Shown here: piece by piece, positions 46,152 through 55,922 of the stretch | Position numbering within the stretch: the first letter of the stretch is position 1 | How the letters are laid out: each line of letters begins with the position of its first letter | Origin: a phage | Sequence record: PX880099.1 | DNA length: 64,000 bases | Reading direction: 5' to 3' (one strand) | Translations under genes and position numbers: made by a program | The notes under the pieces: model-generated | Told to the model about the DNA's origin: nothing | What the model saw: the letters and a program-made list of their open reading frames with translations, nothing else | Database searches by the model: none

Positions 46152-46318
46152 TATTGCTCACCTTTTTAGCTGTATATTCCCCTGGTGGGATATTATGTTT
46201 AAAAAACAAAAGGCGGTCTAACCCCGCCTTGCACATTGTTTCTGGAATAGTCAAAGTTAGTAAAAGTTTATCACCTTTTCGGTTGAATATTTTATAAACT
46301 TCTCCTGCTCCATATTGT

Positions 46319-46720
46319 TTAGTATTGCTCGCCACTAATACGTTCCTTAAGTTGTTTAATAGCTTCGATTGCATCTACATAAGAAGAGTTATACATGTGT
46401 TTCAGTGCCACTCGTATTAAAGGATCTTTTGTGAAGAAATCAATAAGAAGCATAGCTTGATCATGTTTAGCTGCATTTGTCATAGATGGATAATTTTCAC
46501 GAACCATATACGTGTTATTTTGCATAAGGGTTCTTTCTAGTTCAATACAATGGATAGCTTTATCTAGGTTAATCTGACGTTCACCTTTAATACGTGTTGC
46601 GTATTTTGCCAATTTGCAAAAACAAGGTGTGCCACCAACCAAATAAGCTAGTTCAATAGGTTGCATTGCCATTTTTGTGTAGTGATCACCGTCAACCTGA
46701 TTATCAAAAGCATTAGACAT
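46319..46720 (-). CDS. hypothetical protein (133 aa)
   Basis: ORF. Confidence 0.5.
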   Translation of the reverse strand: MSNAFDNQVDGDHYTKMAMQPIELAYLVGGTPCFCKLAKYATRIKGERQINLDKAIHCIELERTLMQNNTYMVRENYPSMTNAAKHDQAMLLIDFFTKDPLIRVALKHMYNSSYVDAIEAIKQLKERISGEQY

Positions 46721-46976
46721 AATTTTCCTCCTGAATTCCTACTGCGCCTTCTTCTGGGTAGTCTGTATAATAAGCTACCCTACCTTGATAGATAACATCA
46801 CCATCATTATTGTAGATTGCTGTATCTTCTTGAATTGTTATTTCAACATCAAGTAAATCTGGGTCTTTCTCGATGGTATAGTTCAAACCTAACATTTCAA
46901 ACAGTTCGAAAATTTCGTTACCTGTTAATGTAATGCTCATATTTCCTCCTTTTATTGTGGTTAGCAGAGTATACAC
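46713..46976 (-). CDS. hypothetical protein (87 aa)
   Basis: ORF. Confidence 0.5.
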   Translation of the reverse strand: MYTLLTTIKGGNMSITLTGNEIFELFEMLGLNYTIEKDPDLLDVEITIQEDTAIYNNDGDVIYQGRVAYYTDYPEEGAVGIQEENYV

Positions 46977-47026
46977 TAATATAAAATTTTTGTCAATAAA
47001 AAAGGGAGCAATAAGCTCCCTGATTA

Positions 47027-47986
47027 TTAGATTCCAATAATAGTTGCTGCTCGTTTATCCTTGGATCTGGTGTTTGCTCTACTACGTGACAAACCTCCGC
47101 AAGATTCACAACGAATGATATCGAAAGAACTTACCGCAGTGTGGTATTGTTTACCAGTAACAACGTGAACGTGATCACTGCCACAACGAGAACAACGGAC
47201 CTTCTCATCTGGGTAATAAGCGGATAAGTTAGGATGCTGTGGAATCCACGGAAGGATTTTCATATACAAATCACGGAGTGAAACAACATCGCCATCATTG
47301 TAAATCTGCATACGTTCAAAAGCATCACGATCACCTTCACAACATGCTTTCCATAAAGGGAACCCCTCGTTATCCAGTTTTTCACTTTCTGTTTCGAAAT
47401 ATGCTCCCATTTCTTTAAGGGAGTTGGAAGGAAGTGCAAATTGTTTCTTAGCTGCCTTCAATGTATCAACAACTACATAATTAGAAGGAGGAGCCATATC
47501 GTGATATGCAAATCGTTGGTTAATGTATGCACGGTCAAACTTATACCCGTTGTGTGCCACAACTACATCTGCCTCATTCAGAAGGTTCCAAAGATCTTGG
47601 CAAAGCTCCCAATCATCTGTATGATCGATATCGAAAAGAGGATAAGAAGATAAGTTCTTACCTTCTACTTCACCTGTATACAAATCAGCAGAAGAGTAAG
47701 ATAACAAATAACCCCTACGAATTACCTGGTCTGGAGAAATGAAGGCTTTGAATCGACGGAAAGTATATGCAATCTCTGGTGCAGTTTCAACATCAATAAT
47801 TTTAATAACTGGTTGTTTCTTTTTAACTGGCTCTTGTTTACTTGCACCGAAACGTGCAAGGAAATCATTTACTGTGCTTTTTCTTGTTGGACTACCTAAA
47901 ACAATTGCTGCAATATTGCGAGAAGACATACCCTCTGCACTCATACTAAGGATATCTGCTTTCTGCTCTTCTGTTAATCTGCTCAC
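47027..47986 (-). CDS. DEDD-type 3'-5' exonuclease with N-terminal HTH-like region and C-terminal Cys cluster
   Basis: IIDVETAP (Exo I), VVAHNGYKFD (Exo II); RCSRCGS...CESCGG. Confidence 0.55.
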   Translation of the reverse strand: MSRLTEEQKADILSMSAEGMSSRNIAAIVLGSPTRKSTVNDFLARFGASKQEPVKKKQPVIKIIDVETAPEIAYTFRRFKAFISPDQVIRRGYLLSYSSADLYTGEVEGKNLSSYPLFDIDHTDDWELCQDLWNLLNEADVVVAHNGYKFDRAYINQRFAYHDMAPPSNYVVVDTLKAAKKQFALPSNSLKEMGAYFETESEKLDNEGFPLWKACCEGDRDAFERMQIYNDGDVVSLRDLYMKILPWIPQHPNLSAYYPDEKVRCSRCGSDHVHVVTGKQYHTAVSSFDIIRCESCGGLSRSRANTRSKDKRAATIIGI

Positions 47987-49101
47987 TCTGCCTCCTGTTG
48001 TGAGATGTATGACTGAAGCATACTCTCAAATGTTGTATCGTCATTATCCCAGCGTTTCATATATACCAACTGGAAAATTGTTTCTATCCATTCATCTGTT
48101 GTCATATGGACTTCTTCTCCATCCCAAGAAGTAAAATTAACACCATCTGGGAACCACGAGTAGTAAGTATCTTTAACTGTTTGGAAAAGCTCTGCTTGAG
48201 TTTTACAAGCTGAAAGAAGATTAAAACAAGTAATATCTCCAAACTTAATATCAAAATCTTGATAAGGTCGGATACTATCTGTTTTATCTCCCATTAGCAT
48301 CTGATAGGCTAACCAATAACTTCCCCAACCTTTAACTTCTTTCTTTTTACCTTTATCTACGATCCATATGTCGCCAATAGACTCGTCAATAAGAATTATA
48401 TCTGGATTTTTAAATACTCCATCCTCTTTGTAGAAATTAAAAAGGATACTAGGAGTATGTAAACTATCTTTATCTATAGACACTACGATATAAGAAAATT
48501 TACCCGTCCTTTTATAATCTTTATAACCTTGGAAACCATACTTCTCTAACTCATCGTCAGCCTCTATTACAGTAACAACATCACCATTGTGGAACTCCAC
48601 AAGATAATCTTTGGTTTCTGAAAGCTGAAGTGGTTTGATATCTAATCGTTCAGATTTATATTCTACAGGCATTTTGAAGGCGTGTCTGAAAGTTTTTCCT
48701 ACGCCAATAACTCCGCAATATTTTTCTAAACGTAGATGTTTTAGAATACCTAAGACTTTTGTTTTAGCTGCTTGGAAGGTGTGTCCGATATCTTCTGGCG
48801 GGTATTGCTTATCAATGATTTCGAACTCTTCCTTTGTGAAGGGACGTTTGTTTTTGGAGGCTCTTTCTGCATTTGTATCTCCTAGCCAACCTCCAATTTT
48901 AGTCTTGCTTTTACCCCAAAACTCTGTCTTATTTTTAAATTCCTTTTGAGCACCTGAAGGGATGTGCTTCGCAATGATTGTTCTTTTCTCTAATGCAGAC
49001 GCTGCTTGGAAAGCAATCTGATCATAATCAATTGCAGCTATTGTTTCTTCGTTGACATATAAATGAAGATCTTCAGGTTTAATTAAAATATAACCGCTAA
49101 T
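47983..49101 (-). CDS. T4 RNase H-like 5'-3' exonuclease / flap endonuclease (putative); start codon uncertain (possibly AUU)
   Basis: IAAIDYDQIAF, IEADDE, LIDESIGD and MLMGDKTDS resemble T4 RNase H acidic motifs; frame is open 143 codons upstream of the first ATG (48672) with no ATG/GTG/TTG; ATT at 49101 sits 5 nt after AGGGGGG. Confidence 0.45.
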   Translation of the reverse strand: MSGYILIKPEDLHLYVNEETIAAIDYDQIAFQAASALEKRTIIAKHIPSGAQKEFKNKTEFWGKSKTKIGGWLGDTNAERASKNKRPFTKEEFEIIDKQYPPEDIGHTFQAAKTKVLGILKHLRLEKYCGVIGVGKTFRHAFKMPVEYKSERLDIKPLQLSETKDYLVEFHNGDVVTVIEADDELEKYGFQGYKDYKRTGKFSYIVVSIDKDSLHTPSILFNFYKEDGVFKNPDIILIDESIGDIWIVDKGKKKEVKGWGSYWLAYQMLMGDKTDSIRPYQDFDIKFGDITCFNLLSACKTQAELFQTVKDTYYSWFPDGVNFTSWDGEEVHMTTDEWIETIFQLVYMKRWDNDDTTFESMLQSYISQQEAE

Positions 49102-49114
49102 ATTTCCCCCCTAA

Positions 49115-49324
49115 TTATTCATCGTCATCCTCTGTTGAGAATGTTTTAGTATACGGACATTGACGACTTTTCGGGATTGCTATAACTTCATCTTGGTTAG
49201 CGTTAGAATAGTAGCAATATTTTGTGTTGCCATTAACTTCAGAATCAGACAAGATTAAAGTAATTTGACCTGCTGCTACTGTGAAACTAAAAGCTAAAAG
49301 AACGACTGTCAGAATCTTTTTCAT
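49115..49324 (-). CDS. small secreted protein (signal peptide)
   Basis: MKKILTVVLLAFSFTVAAGQ. Confidence 0.5.
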   Translation of the reverse strand: MKKILTVVLLAFSFTVAAGQITLILSDSEVNGNTKYCYYSNANQDEVIAIPKSRQCPYTKTFSTEDDDE

Positions 49325-49396
49325 AACGCCTCCTAAAAAGCCTACCTCATTAAGTAGGTAGGCATAATATCATAACTAATCCCGCAAGTCAAGAAC

Positions 49397-50275
49397 TTAT
49401 TTAAGGATTGTTGCTTTGGTTAAATCTTCCATCAGACCTCGAATCTCATTGAAGCACAGAAGGACTGAAGCTTCAATACTACCTTCTTCGTCTGCAAAAT
49501 ATTTCGGAAAACGTAGTTTAGAAAGTTTAAACTCTTTATCCACTACAAAATCTACAACACCGTCATATTCAAGACCGATTGCAACCACATCTTTACCATC
49601 TTCTTTTAGTTCGACAGCTTTAGACTCGTATAGGGATTCTTTACTCCAAACAACAACGCCCTCGCTATCCTCCATTTTGATATAATTTCCGAGAGTAATA
49701 CGATCTGCTTCGTGATTCTCCAGCAATTCACCAAAACCTTTTACAATAGCTTCTTCGTGCACACTAAAACCTACCGAAGGGAAAGTCCCCAGAACGGAAC
49801 GGAGGAAAGAAGTAATCTCTTCTGCAACCTTTTTACTTCCATTAAGAACATAAAGAAGATTCGTAGTTTTATCCAAGACAACATAGTTAAAGAAATCTTC
49901 AGGTTCTGTTTCAGGCAATAGTGCAAATTCAATATCTTCCTTCATTGCTTTGACTACTTCTTTATCAACATAAAACTCTTTACCTTCGCTCTCCATGTCC
50001 TGACGCATTTCTTCTAGACGTTCATTCAGAATACGTTTAACTTTCTTTTTATCTACCTTCTTCACAGATTGACCTACATTAAGCAGTTCAAGATCTGAAA
50101 ACTCTTTTACAAATTTAGAGTCATCTTCGAAACGAACAAGACCGATAGTGTGTGACTGGGAGCCTTCTGCTGTTACAAACTCCAGAGGAATATCTGTAAT
50201 GCTGTTAAGGGATGCTACAGAAGCATTGTCACCAACAACCATAGGCAGAGCGGATTTAAAAGATTTTACAAACAT
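49397..50275 (-). CDS. RdgC-like recombination-associated protein
   Basis: Central segment KEVVKAMKEDIEFALLPE...LLYVLNGSKKVAEEITSFLRSVLGTFPSVGF aligns by eye with E. coli RdgC; about 300 aa. Confidence 0.5.
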   Translation of the reverse strand: MFVKSFKSALPMVVGDNASVASLNSITDIPLEFVTAEGSQSHTIGLVRFEDDSKFVKEFSDLELLNVGQSVKKVDKKKVKRILNERLEEMRQDMESEGKEFYVDKEVVKAMKEDIEFALLPETEPEDFFNYVVLDKTTNLLYVLNGSKKVAEEITSFLRSVLGTFPSVGFSVHEEAIVKGFGELLENHEADRITLGNYIKMEDSEGVVVWSKESLYESKAVELKEDGKDVVAIGLEYDGVVDFVVDKEFKLSKLRFPKYFADEEGSIEASVLLCFNEIRGLMEDLTKATILK

Positions 50276-50331
50276 GTTTCCTCCTATTTAATACATCTCA
50301 CATTACCGCCCATAAGGGGCGGCTTACAACA

Positions 50332-51057
50332 TTACTTATTAATAATACCTGCAATATTAGGTTTGACAAAGGTCGATGGTTTCATGATCTTACCTTTATC
50401 ATCAAAGAACACATACACTTTCTGTTTTTCATTATAAACAGCATGAACACCAGTGTATGCTCCTTCTGGACGATTGGCATTTCGTTCTTCAATTGCAGTG
50501 CATTCTTGTGCAATGGCTGAATCGATATCTGAAGTTTTCCAAGTTTTCAGCAACTGTTGTTTAGTTGGATACTTGGAATCATTACTTTTCAATACCTCTT
50601 TAATAATTTTCTTTTCTGGATATTTTGAACGGATTAGAGTGTCACGAGACATACGCATAATACCAGCAGCCATTAGTGCCATTTGAACTGGTTCTGTAAA
50701 TGTTTGTTCCAAAGCATCAAAATCAGTATACACAGTTGGAGTAAAAACATCGCCTACAGCATAGTCCAAGAAATTCATCGTATGTTCTTCACCAAAGAAC
50801 ATGTAAGTCAGATAACTGGATACTACAAAAATATCCGCTGCTGCATCCAAGAGTTCTACATGATCGTTTACTTTCGCGGCTGTTTCATACTCTTTAAGCT
50901 CTTCACGAACGAACCCGATTTGGGACATAAATAGCTCTTGAGTGAATTCAGGTTGTTCACCACCTCGTGCTTTGGCATTCCAATCAATCACGTGCTTTGC
51001 TGCATTTTTGAAAAATTCAGTATCGAATTTAATATCTTTAAAAAAATTCTCGATCAT
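50332..51057 (-). CDS. hypothetical protein, possible MazG-like nucleotide pyrophosphohydrolase
   Basis: VREELKEYETAAK...VELLDAAADI resembles the EExxE...D all-alpha pattern; weak. Confidence 0.35.
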   Translation of the reverse strand: MIENFFKDIKFDTEFFKNAAKHVIDWNAKARGGEQPEFTQELFMSQIGFVREELKEYETAAKVNDHVELLDAAADIFVVSSYLTYMFFGEEHTMNFLDYAVGDVFTPTVYTDFDALEQTFTEPVQMALMAAGIMRMSRDTLIRSKYPEKKIIKEVLKSNDSKYPTKQQLLKTWKTSDIDSAIAQECTAIEERNANRPEGAYTGVHAVYNEKQKVYVFFDDKGKIMKPSTFVKPNIAGIINK

Positions 51058-51066
51058 TATAACTCC

Positions 51067-51249
51067 TTATTTAAAATAGCTTTCTAGAAAGTTGCTAATA
51101 TTTACTACAGTCTCACCCATGTAAATTCCTGCGAAACCGAAAACAAGCATACGTGGAATATTGAAATACCATTTATCCGCCGGAAAAGATGCCAGAATTA
51201 CAATAGCAATTGCTATCAACATCATAAGAATTGTTGCTAAAATTATCAT
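51067..51249 (-). CDS. small membrane protein (60 aa)
   Basis: ATG 51249 overlaps upstream stop (ATGA); MIILATILMMLIAIAIVILASF. Confidence 0.45.
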   Translation of the reverse strand: MIILATILMMLIAIAIVILASFPADKWYFNIPRMLVFGFAGIYMGETVVNISNFLESYFK

Positions 51250-51440
51250 AAAAATGCCTCCAGGTATTTTGCACAATGATAAGCTAAGAAACAAGAAACT
51301 ACCGCATACCCAACTCCAGACATACATGAATCAATCGCAACACATATGGTTCTTTTCTTTGAATTCTTAGGAAAGTTTTCAGAAGCATTCATACAATAAA
51401 AAGAAAGCACACTGAAAACGATTAAAATGGCTAAGAACAT
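51246..51440 (-). CDS. small membrane protein (64 aa)
   Basis: MFLAILIVFSVLSFY hydrophobic N-terminus. Confidence 0.45.
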   Translation of the reverse strand: MFLAILIVFSVLSFYCMNASENFPKNSKKRTICVAIDSCMSGVGYAVVSCFLAYHCAKYLEAFL

Positions 51441-51449
51441 TTTTCCTCC

Positions 51450-52577
51450 TTATTCTGCTGGTTCCCAAGTGCCTGGGATCATTTCTCGGATACGAACACC
51501 AACAGGTTTTGTTGGAATACCTTCATCTGAAAATTCTTCATACTCTATTTCAACGAACTGATTAATCAAGGTAGAAGCATTCTCTGCTTTACGATAATTG
51601 ATAGTCTCATGAGCATCTTTACGCATTAAGAATTCGACTACTTTACCATTTTCCATCTCACCTGTCAACACTCCATCGCCATTTTTATCACTTTTTGAAT
51701 TTGTTACTTTAACTTCAAGGGTGTGGCGAGGCTTACGTTTAATAACGTCATAAGAACGTTTATCAAATTCGTAAACTCCGTGAGCATTACGATATACTAC
51801 ACCTTCAGCTTTCTCAAGTAAAGCTTTTTCATAGAAAGCATCAAACTGTTCTTGGTTTTCAATATACTCTGTATGAACTACACAAATAAGCTCATCAAGA
51901 CCATAATCCTCCACTACTGCCTTAAGAGCAGTAAGAACATCAACACGTTTTTCAAACGGTAGATCTGGAACTGGAATATCGTATACGTAATAATTCAGCA
52001 AAGGCGTATTTGCATTATGCTTCTTCCAGGCACTGTTAATTTGTTGCAGACTAAGGACACCTAACCCAGCAAACACTTCACCATCAAGAGGATGACCAAC
52101 AACTTCACTAATAAAGTTTGGAATACCTTTCCAATGAGGTGGCAGGTTATACACTTCTCCAGCTTTTGATAAACACTCCCCTTTCATGTTAATCATAGAA
52201 CGTAACCCGTTCAGTTTGTATTGTGCATAACCAGGGAACACAACCCTTTCAGGATAATCTTTATAATCCTGGCATTTCATTGGTGTAGAAGGAACATGGT
52301 TTTCAGCTTCTTCTTTTGTTTTATAATAGCCATTCTTTAACTGTTTTGTCCATTTGGCAAAAGCTTCAAGTTCAGCTTGTTCTTCCGGTGTTGTTTCATT
52401 GGAACGACCAATGTTTTTTGCTTCTGCTGTATAAGATTTTTCTGTGATTTTTCCACCTACCCTTCCATGAGCTACAGTAACAACTGCACCATCTGTATAC
52501 ACTGTCCACTGTTTAAGTTTTCCTTTTGAATCTTTACCGTACAGCGTTTGATTTGTTTGTTGCATTAGTCCTCCCAT
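51450..52577 (-). CDS. ATP-dependent DNA ligase (nucleotidyltransferase superfamily)
   Basis: Motif I YKLNGLR (KxDG-like), motif III HPLDGEVF, motif IV EGVVYR, motif V VIKRK. Confidence 0.55.
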   Translation of the reverse strand: MGGLMQQTNQTLYGKDSKGKLKQWTVYTDGAVVTVAHGRVGGKITEKSYTAEAKNIGRSNETTPEEQAELEAFAKWTKQLKNGYYKTKEEAENHVPSTPMKCQDYKDYPERVVFPGYAQYKLNGLRSMINMKGECLSKAGEVYNLPPHWKGIPNFISEVVGHPLDGEVFAGLGVLSLQQINSAWKKHNANTPLLNYYVYDIPVPDLPFEKRVDVLTALKAVVEDYGLDELICVVHTEYIENQEQFDAFYEKALLEKAEGVVYRNAHGVYEFDKRSYDVIKRKPRHTLEVKVTNSKSDKNGDGVLTGEMENGKVVEFLMRKDAHETINYRKAENASTLINQFVEIEYEEFSDEGIPTKPVGVRIREMIPGTWEPAE

Positions 52578-52786
52578 TTAAAAACTGAAATTTTCAATCT
52601 GTTACACACTTCATCCAAATCTGCGTCGAGTAACGTTGTAGATGTTGCCAACATATAATCAATGCTTGTGAAACCTTGCCCTTTGGCATAGTCAAGCATA
52701 TCTTCATACATATCTTCAAGATCACCGTCATCAAAAGTAGCTAGAAAATCCTCGTCCCCGCTACGAACATAAAATGCAGTACTCAT
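52565..52786 (-). CDS. hypothetical acidic protein (73 aa)
   Basis: ORF. Confidence 0.45.
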   Translation of the reverse strand: MSTAFYVRSGDEDFLATFDDGDLEDMYEDMLDYAKGQGFTSIDYMLATSTTLLDADLDEVCNRLKISVFKWED

Positions 52787-52974
52787 TCTTCTTCATCCCA
52801 AGATTCAAAAGCACAACAATCATCGGTTTCTATAATACCAACACGTCCGCAGGTATTGCAAGTGATTTTATCCCCGTAGAATAAATAATTTTTATCACCC
52901 TTTGTGTTTACAGTTATGTCATTACTACCACAAGGGCAAGTCAGCCAACCAACAACAACGATATCTTTTTTCAT
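52783..52974 (-). CDS. zinc-ribbon protein (63 aa)
   Basis: CPCGS...CNTCGR...CC. Confidence 0.5.
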   Translation of the reverse strand: MKKDIVVVGWLTCPCGSNDITVNTKGDKNYLFYGDKITCNTCGRVGIIETDDCCAFESWDEEE

Positions 52975-52983
52975 AATCCCTCC

Positions 52984-53310
52984 TTAAGCGTTCAGTTCGT
53001 TGTTGAGTTCGTAAATCTCTTCTTGAAGAGCATCAATCTCTTCCTCCAAACGGGAGATCTCTTCTTTTAGATATACCATTTCGGATTCTTTCTCTTCTAA
53101 TTCATTTTCAAATTTTACTTTATTAGCCTCATTTTCATAATGCAGTTCAGCGTAATCATCACGCATTTGTTCAATAAGATGAATCAGAGACAAGATATAA
53201 TTGTCTCCCGTTTCATCACGCCACTCTTCACCGTGACGGAGAACGGTAATTCGTCCAGTATCTTCATCTAAAATTGTCTCATATTTACGATCATCTGTAT
53301 AAATCTGCAT
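52984..53310 (-). CDS. coiled-coil protein (108 aa)
   Basis: Heptad-like LEEKESEMVYLKEEISRLEEEIDALQEEIYELNNEL. Confidence 0.5.
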   Translation of the reverse strand: MQIYTDDRKYETILDEDTGRITVLRHGEEWRDETGDNYILSLIHLIEQMRDDYAELHYENEANKVKFENELEEKESEMVYLKEEISRLEEEIDALQEEIYELNNELNA

Positions 53311-53319
53311 TATTTCTCC

Positions 53320-53724
53320 TTATTGAAGTTTAAGTGAACCACGAAGACGTTTCTCTTGCTGATCACGGATATATTGTGGAACATCGTGAATTGAATCATT
53401 ACCGTGCCTATTTTCAACAACTAAAGAGATAACTTGATAACCAAACTCTTCAGCAAGAGCTAGATAAGGTTTAAGTTCTTTCTCTGTGGTTGAAGTATTA
53501 GAAACAATAATCTTGTTAAGATTAGATGCCATAGCATCACGAACAATACCCTGACACCATGCGTGTGCTTTACCTACATTTTCTGGCTTCCAGTCGTAAA
53601 CACCACTTTCTGTGTAATGATATTGATCTGCCTCACAGATAGGCCAATAACCTTCAGAAATAATTTCTGCTACTGTAGATTTACCAGCACCTGAAACGCC
53701 ACGTAAAATGATAAGTTGTTTCAT
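53320..53724 (-). CDS. P-loop kinase (polynucleotide/nucleotide kinase-like)
   Basis: Walker A ILRGVSGAGKST; 134 aa; abuts RNA ligase gene. Confidence 0.55.
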   Translation of the reverse strand: MKQLIILRGVSGAGKSTVAEIISEGYWPICEADQYHYTESGVYDWKPENVGKAHAWCQGIVRDAMASNLNKIIVSNTSTTEKELKPYLALAEEFGYQVISLVVENRHGNDSIHDVPQYIRDQQEKRLRGSLKLQ

Positions 53725-54657
53725 TTATCCTCCAAAAAAGTTTTCGATTTTTTCACGTCGCTCTTGCTGATTTAAAGCAGCCCATTGAGTCTTCGTAAAA
53801 TTATTTCGAATCCATTCTAACAAAGCGTAATATTCTTCGTCAACCATTTGTTTGGCATTTTTTGGATTATCCCAAATCAGATCCCACTTTTTATCTCCAC
53901 CGCGCATAAGAAACTTCTTAGTAAGATAGTGTGGTGATTTAATTTTTAAAAGTAAGTTGAACGGATAGTTTGTTTCACGAACTACAAACCCTTCGTGTTT
54001 ACAATGTTTAGACATTTCAACAACATCTGAAAACTTAACCATTGGATGAACTTCAGGACGCTTAAATTTGGTGACAGAAGCAATTCCATCAAGAGCACCT
54101 TCAGGTAACATAAAACTTGTCCCATCAGGATTTTGAATTCTGGCACCAATTAAGTATGCACCTGGTTCTTCTTCGACAATATGCGGATCAGAAGGATCAC
54201 AGATTTCAAAAAGAAAAGTTGCTTTTGCACTCTCTGTCCATTTAATGAAATGTTCTATGTCATCACACTCTGAAACAATATGATTCTTTGCAATACTTGC
54301 AAAATCTGATTCAAGGCTTCCTGTTGTCGATACAATAAGTTGACCTTTATATACACCTACAGAGGCCATAAAACCATTTACTTTACGAACCACATCTACA
54401 AGTTCATCCGCTGGTAGATCTGTGCCATTCTCAAAACGATTAAAAATCTTAGTGAAAGGCCAAATAACAACATTGTCATCAGCATCAACAACAATTCCGC
54501 GACATTCTAGAAGACGAGAATCAATGCTCCATAAGTTATCCCAGAAAACTTTGTTCTTATACTTAAGAACAGATAGACCAGAATACTCTCCTTCTCTATA
54601 TGTTTTCTTATGAACTAAACCTTTTTCAACCAAATCGTCGCAATTAAATTTAGCCAC
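53725..54657 (-). CDS. RNA ligase, T4 Rnl1-like
   Basis: LLECRGIVV (T4 Rnl1 LECRGIMF), motif I RKVNGFM, motif IV EGFVVR, motif V LLKIKSPHY. Confidence 0.6.
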   Translation of the reverse strand: MAKFNCDDLVEKGLVHKKTYREGEYSGLSVLKYKNKVFWDNLWSIDSRLLECRGIVVDADDNVVIWPFTKIFNRFENGTDLPADELVDVVRKVNGFMASVGVYKGQLIVSTTGSLESDFASIAKNHIVSECDDIEHFIKWTESAKATFLFEICDPSDPHIVEEEPGAYLIGARIQNPDGTSFMLPEGALDGIASVTKFKRPEVHPMVKFSDVVEMSKHCKHEGFVVRETNYPFNLLLKIKSPHYLTKKFLMRGGDKKWDLIWDNPKNAKQMVDEEYYALLEWIRNNFTKTQWAALNQQERREKIENFFGG

Positions 54658-54658
54658 A

Positions 54659-55210
54659 TTACTCTCCTTTGATTATTTTGTGATGGTCTACAGTCACGAT
54701 ATCTCGTTTACTCATCATAGAAATTATCTCATCAAAATGCAAGATTTTTCCGTGTGCATCCCAACCCACATCTAACATTTTACCATAAGCTTCATCAGGG
54801 AAAGATCCGTGGGAATGCCCGTGTAGCATGATTGATCCACGACCTTGTTTATTCCAGGAGGCCATAGGGTAATGGCTTAAGACGAAGAACAGCTTCTGAT
54901 ATTTCACTTCGTCATAATACACCACTTCTCCATACTCTGCAAGCACTTCTCGGTGTTTGCTGTAGTCATGGTTCCCAACACAGTAGGTGATATCTCCTTG
55001 GAGACGGGAAGCAATTTTACGGGTATCTTCTTCTGTCCCAAAACAGAAATCGCCTAAATGCCACATCTTGACACCAGGACTCGTAGCACATTTATTCCAT
55101 GCTTCGATCAGTGCTTCTGTCATGTGGTCCATATCCTCCCACGGTCGATATTCAGGAGCAAACTCTCGTATACGTTTGTGCATAAAATGCAAATCACTTG
55201 TAATAAACAT
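54659..55210 (-). CDS. calcineurin-like metallophosphoesterase
   Basis: SDLHFMH, LGDFCFG, VGNHD, LHGHSH. Confidence 0.7.
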   Translation of the reverse strand: MFITSDLHFMHKRIREFAPEYRPWEDMDHMTEALIEAWNKCATSPGVKMWHLGDFCFGTEEDTRKIASRLQGDITYCVGNHDYSKHREVLAEYGEVVYYDEVKYQKLFFVLSHYPMASWNKQGRGSIMLHGHSHGSFPDEAYGKMLDVGWDAHGKILHFDEIISMMSKRDIVTVDHHKIIKGE

Positions 55211-55566
55211 TAGTATAATCCCTCGCTAAATAGGTCACGATCATGACCATTACGTTCGTAGTCAATCTGGTCTGCGTGTTTTGCAATGATGTATGCATCT
55301 TCACGACTCCACCAATTGTAATACTGATCAATAAAACCTTGATTGTTTGGAAGACAGTGTATTTTATCAAGCACACCTGCTTCTTTCAATACATTCAATT
55401 GTGCAGATAATACAGGATTTGCATGTCGAACACAAGGAATAATTAACTCTTCACCATTATTCAAAATATACTTATTCGCAGCACAAACAATAACACGTTG
55501 CGCATAATGTCCCTCACCGATCCAAGTGAGAGGTTGGTAACAAATGTTCTGACCAATACTGCTCAT
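55210..55566 (-). CDS. hypothetical protein (118 aa)
   Basis: ATGA-coupled to phosphoesterase. Confidence 0.5.
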   Translation of the reverse strand: MSSIGQNICYQPLTWIGEGHYAQRVIVCAANKYILNNGEELIIPCVRHANPVLSAQLNVLKEAGVLDKIHCLPNNQGFIDQYYNWWSREDAYIIAKHADQIDYERNGHDRDLFSEGLY

Positions 55567-55577
55567 TAAGTTTCTCC

Positions 55578-55922
55578 TTAATAGTGAACACGCTTCATTT
55601 GAATACCATAACGCAGCATGGATTCTTTTGCAAGCATGAATTTATCCCCAGCGGCGGGATTAGAAGTATGCACGAAAATGGTAGGTGAACCAAAACAAGG
55701 TTTACCAAACGCCAGAAGTTCTTCCAGGTGCAGGAAAACATCATACCCATCTTGGTCTGACTCCATACCTAAATCATTGTCAAAAGACCACTCGGTTACT
55801 CTTCGATACAGTTTAGCAGGATCATTGAGAAAGGCCATAGCTTCTTGTGACGTTTTAAACCAAATTGCATCTTCCTGTCCATAGTCGGCTGGGTTCCGCA
55901 TATCATCTATCCAAACTTTCAT
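55578..55922 (-). CDS. hypothetical protein (114 aa), receiver-like N-terminus
   Basis: MKVWIDDMRNP...WSFDNDLG pattern; family not confidently recognised. Confidence 0.45.
   Translation of the reverse strand: MKVWIDDMRNPADYGQEDAIWFKTSQEAMAFLNDPAKLYRRVTEWSFDNDLGMESDQDGYDVFLHLEELLAFGKPCFGSPTIFVHTSNPAAGDKFMLAKESMLRYGIQMKRVHY

Noticed and set aside
48635-48949. Plus-strand 104-aa ORF
   Set aside because: Antisense to the N-terminal region of the FEN-like gene, which carries recognisable motifs
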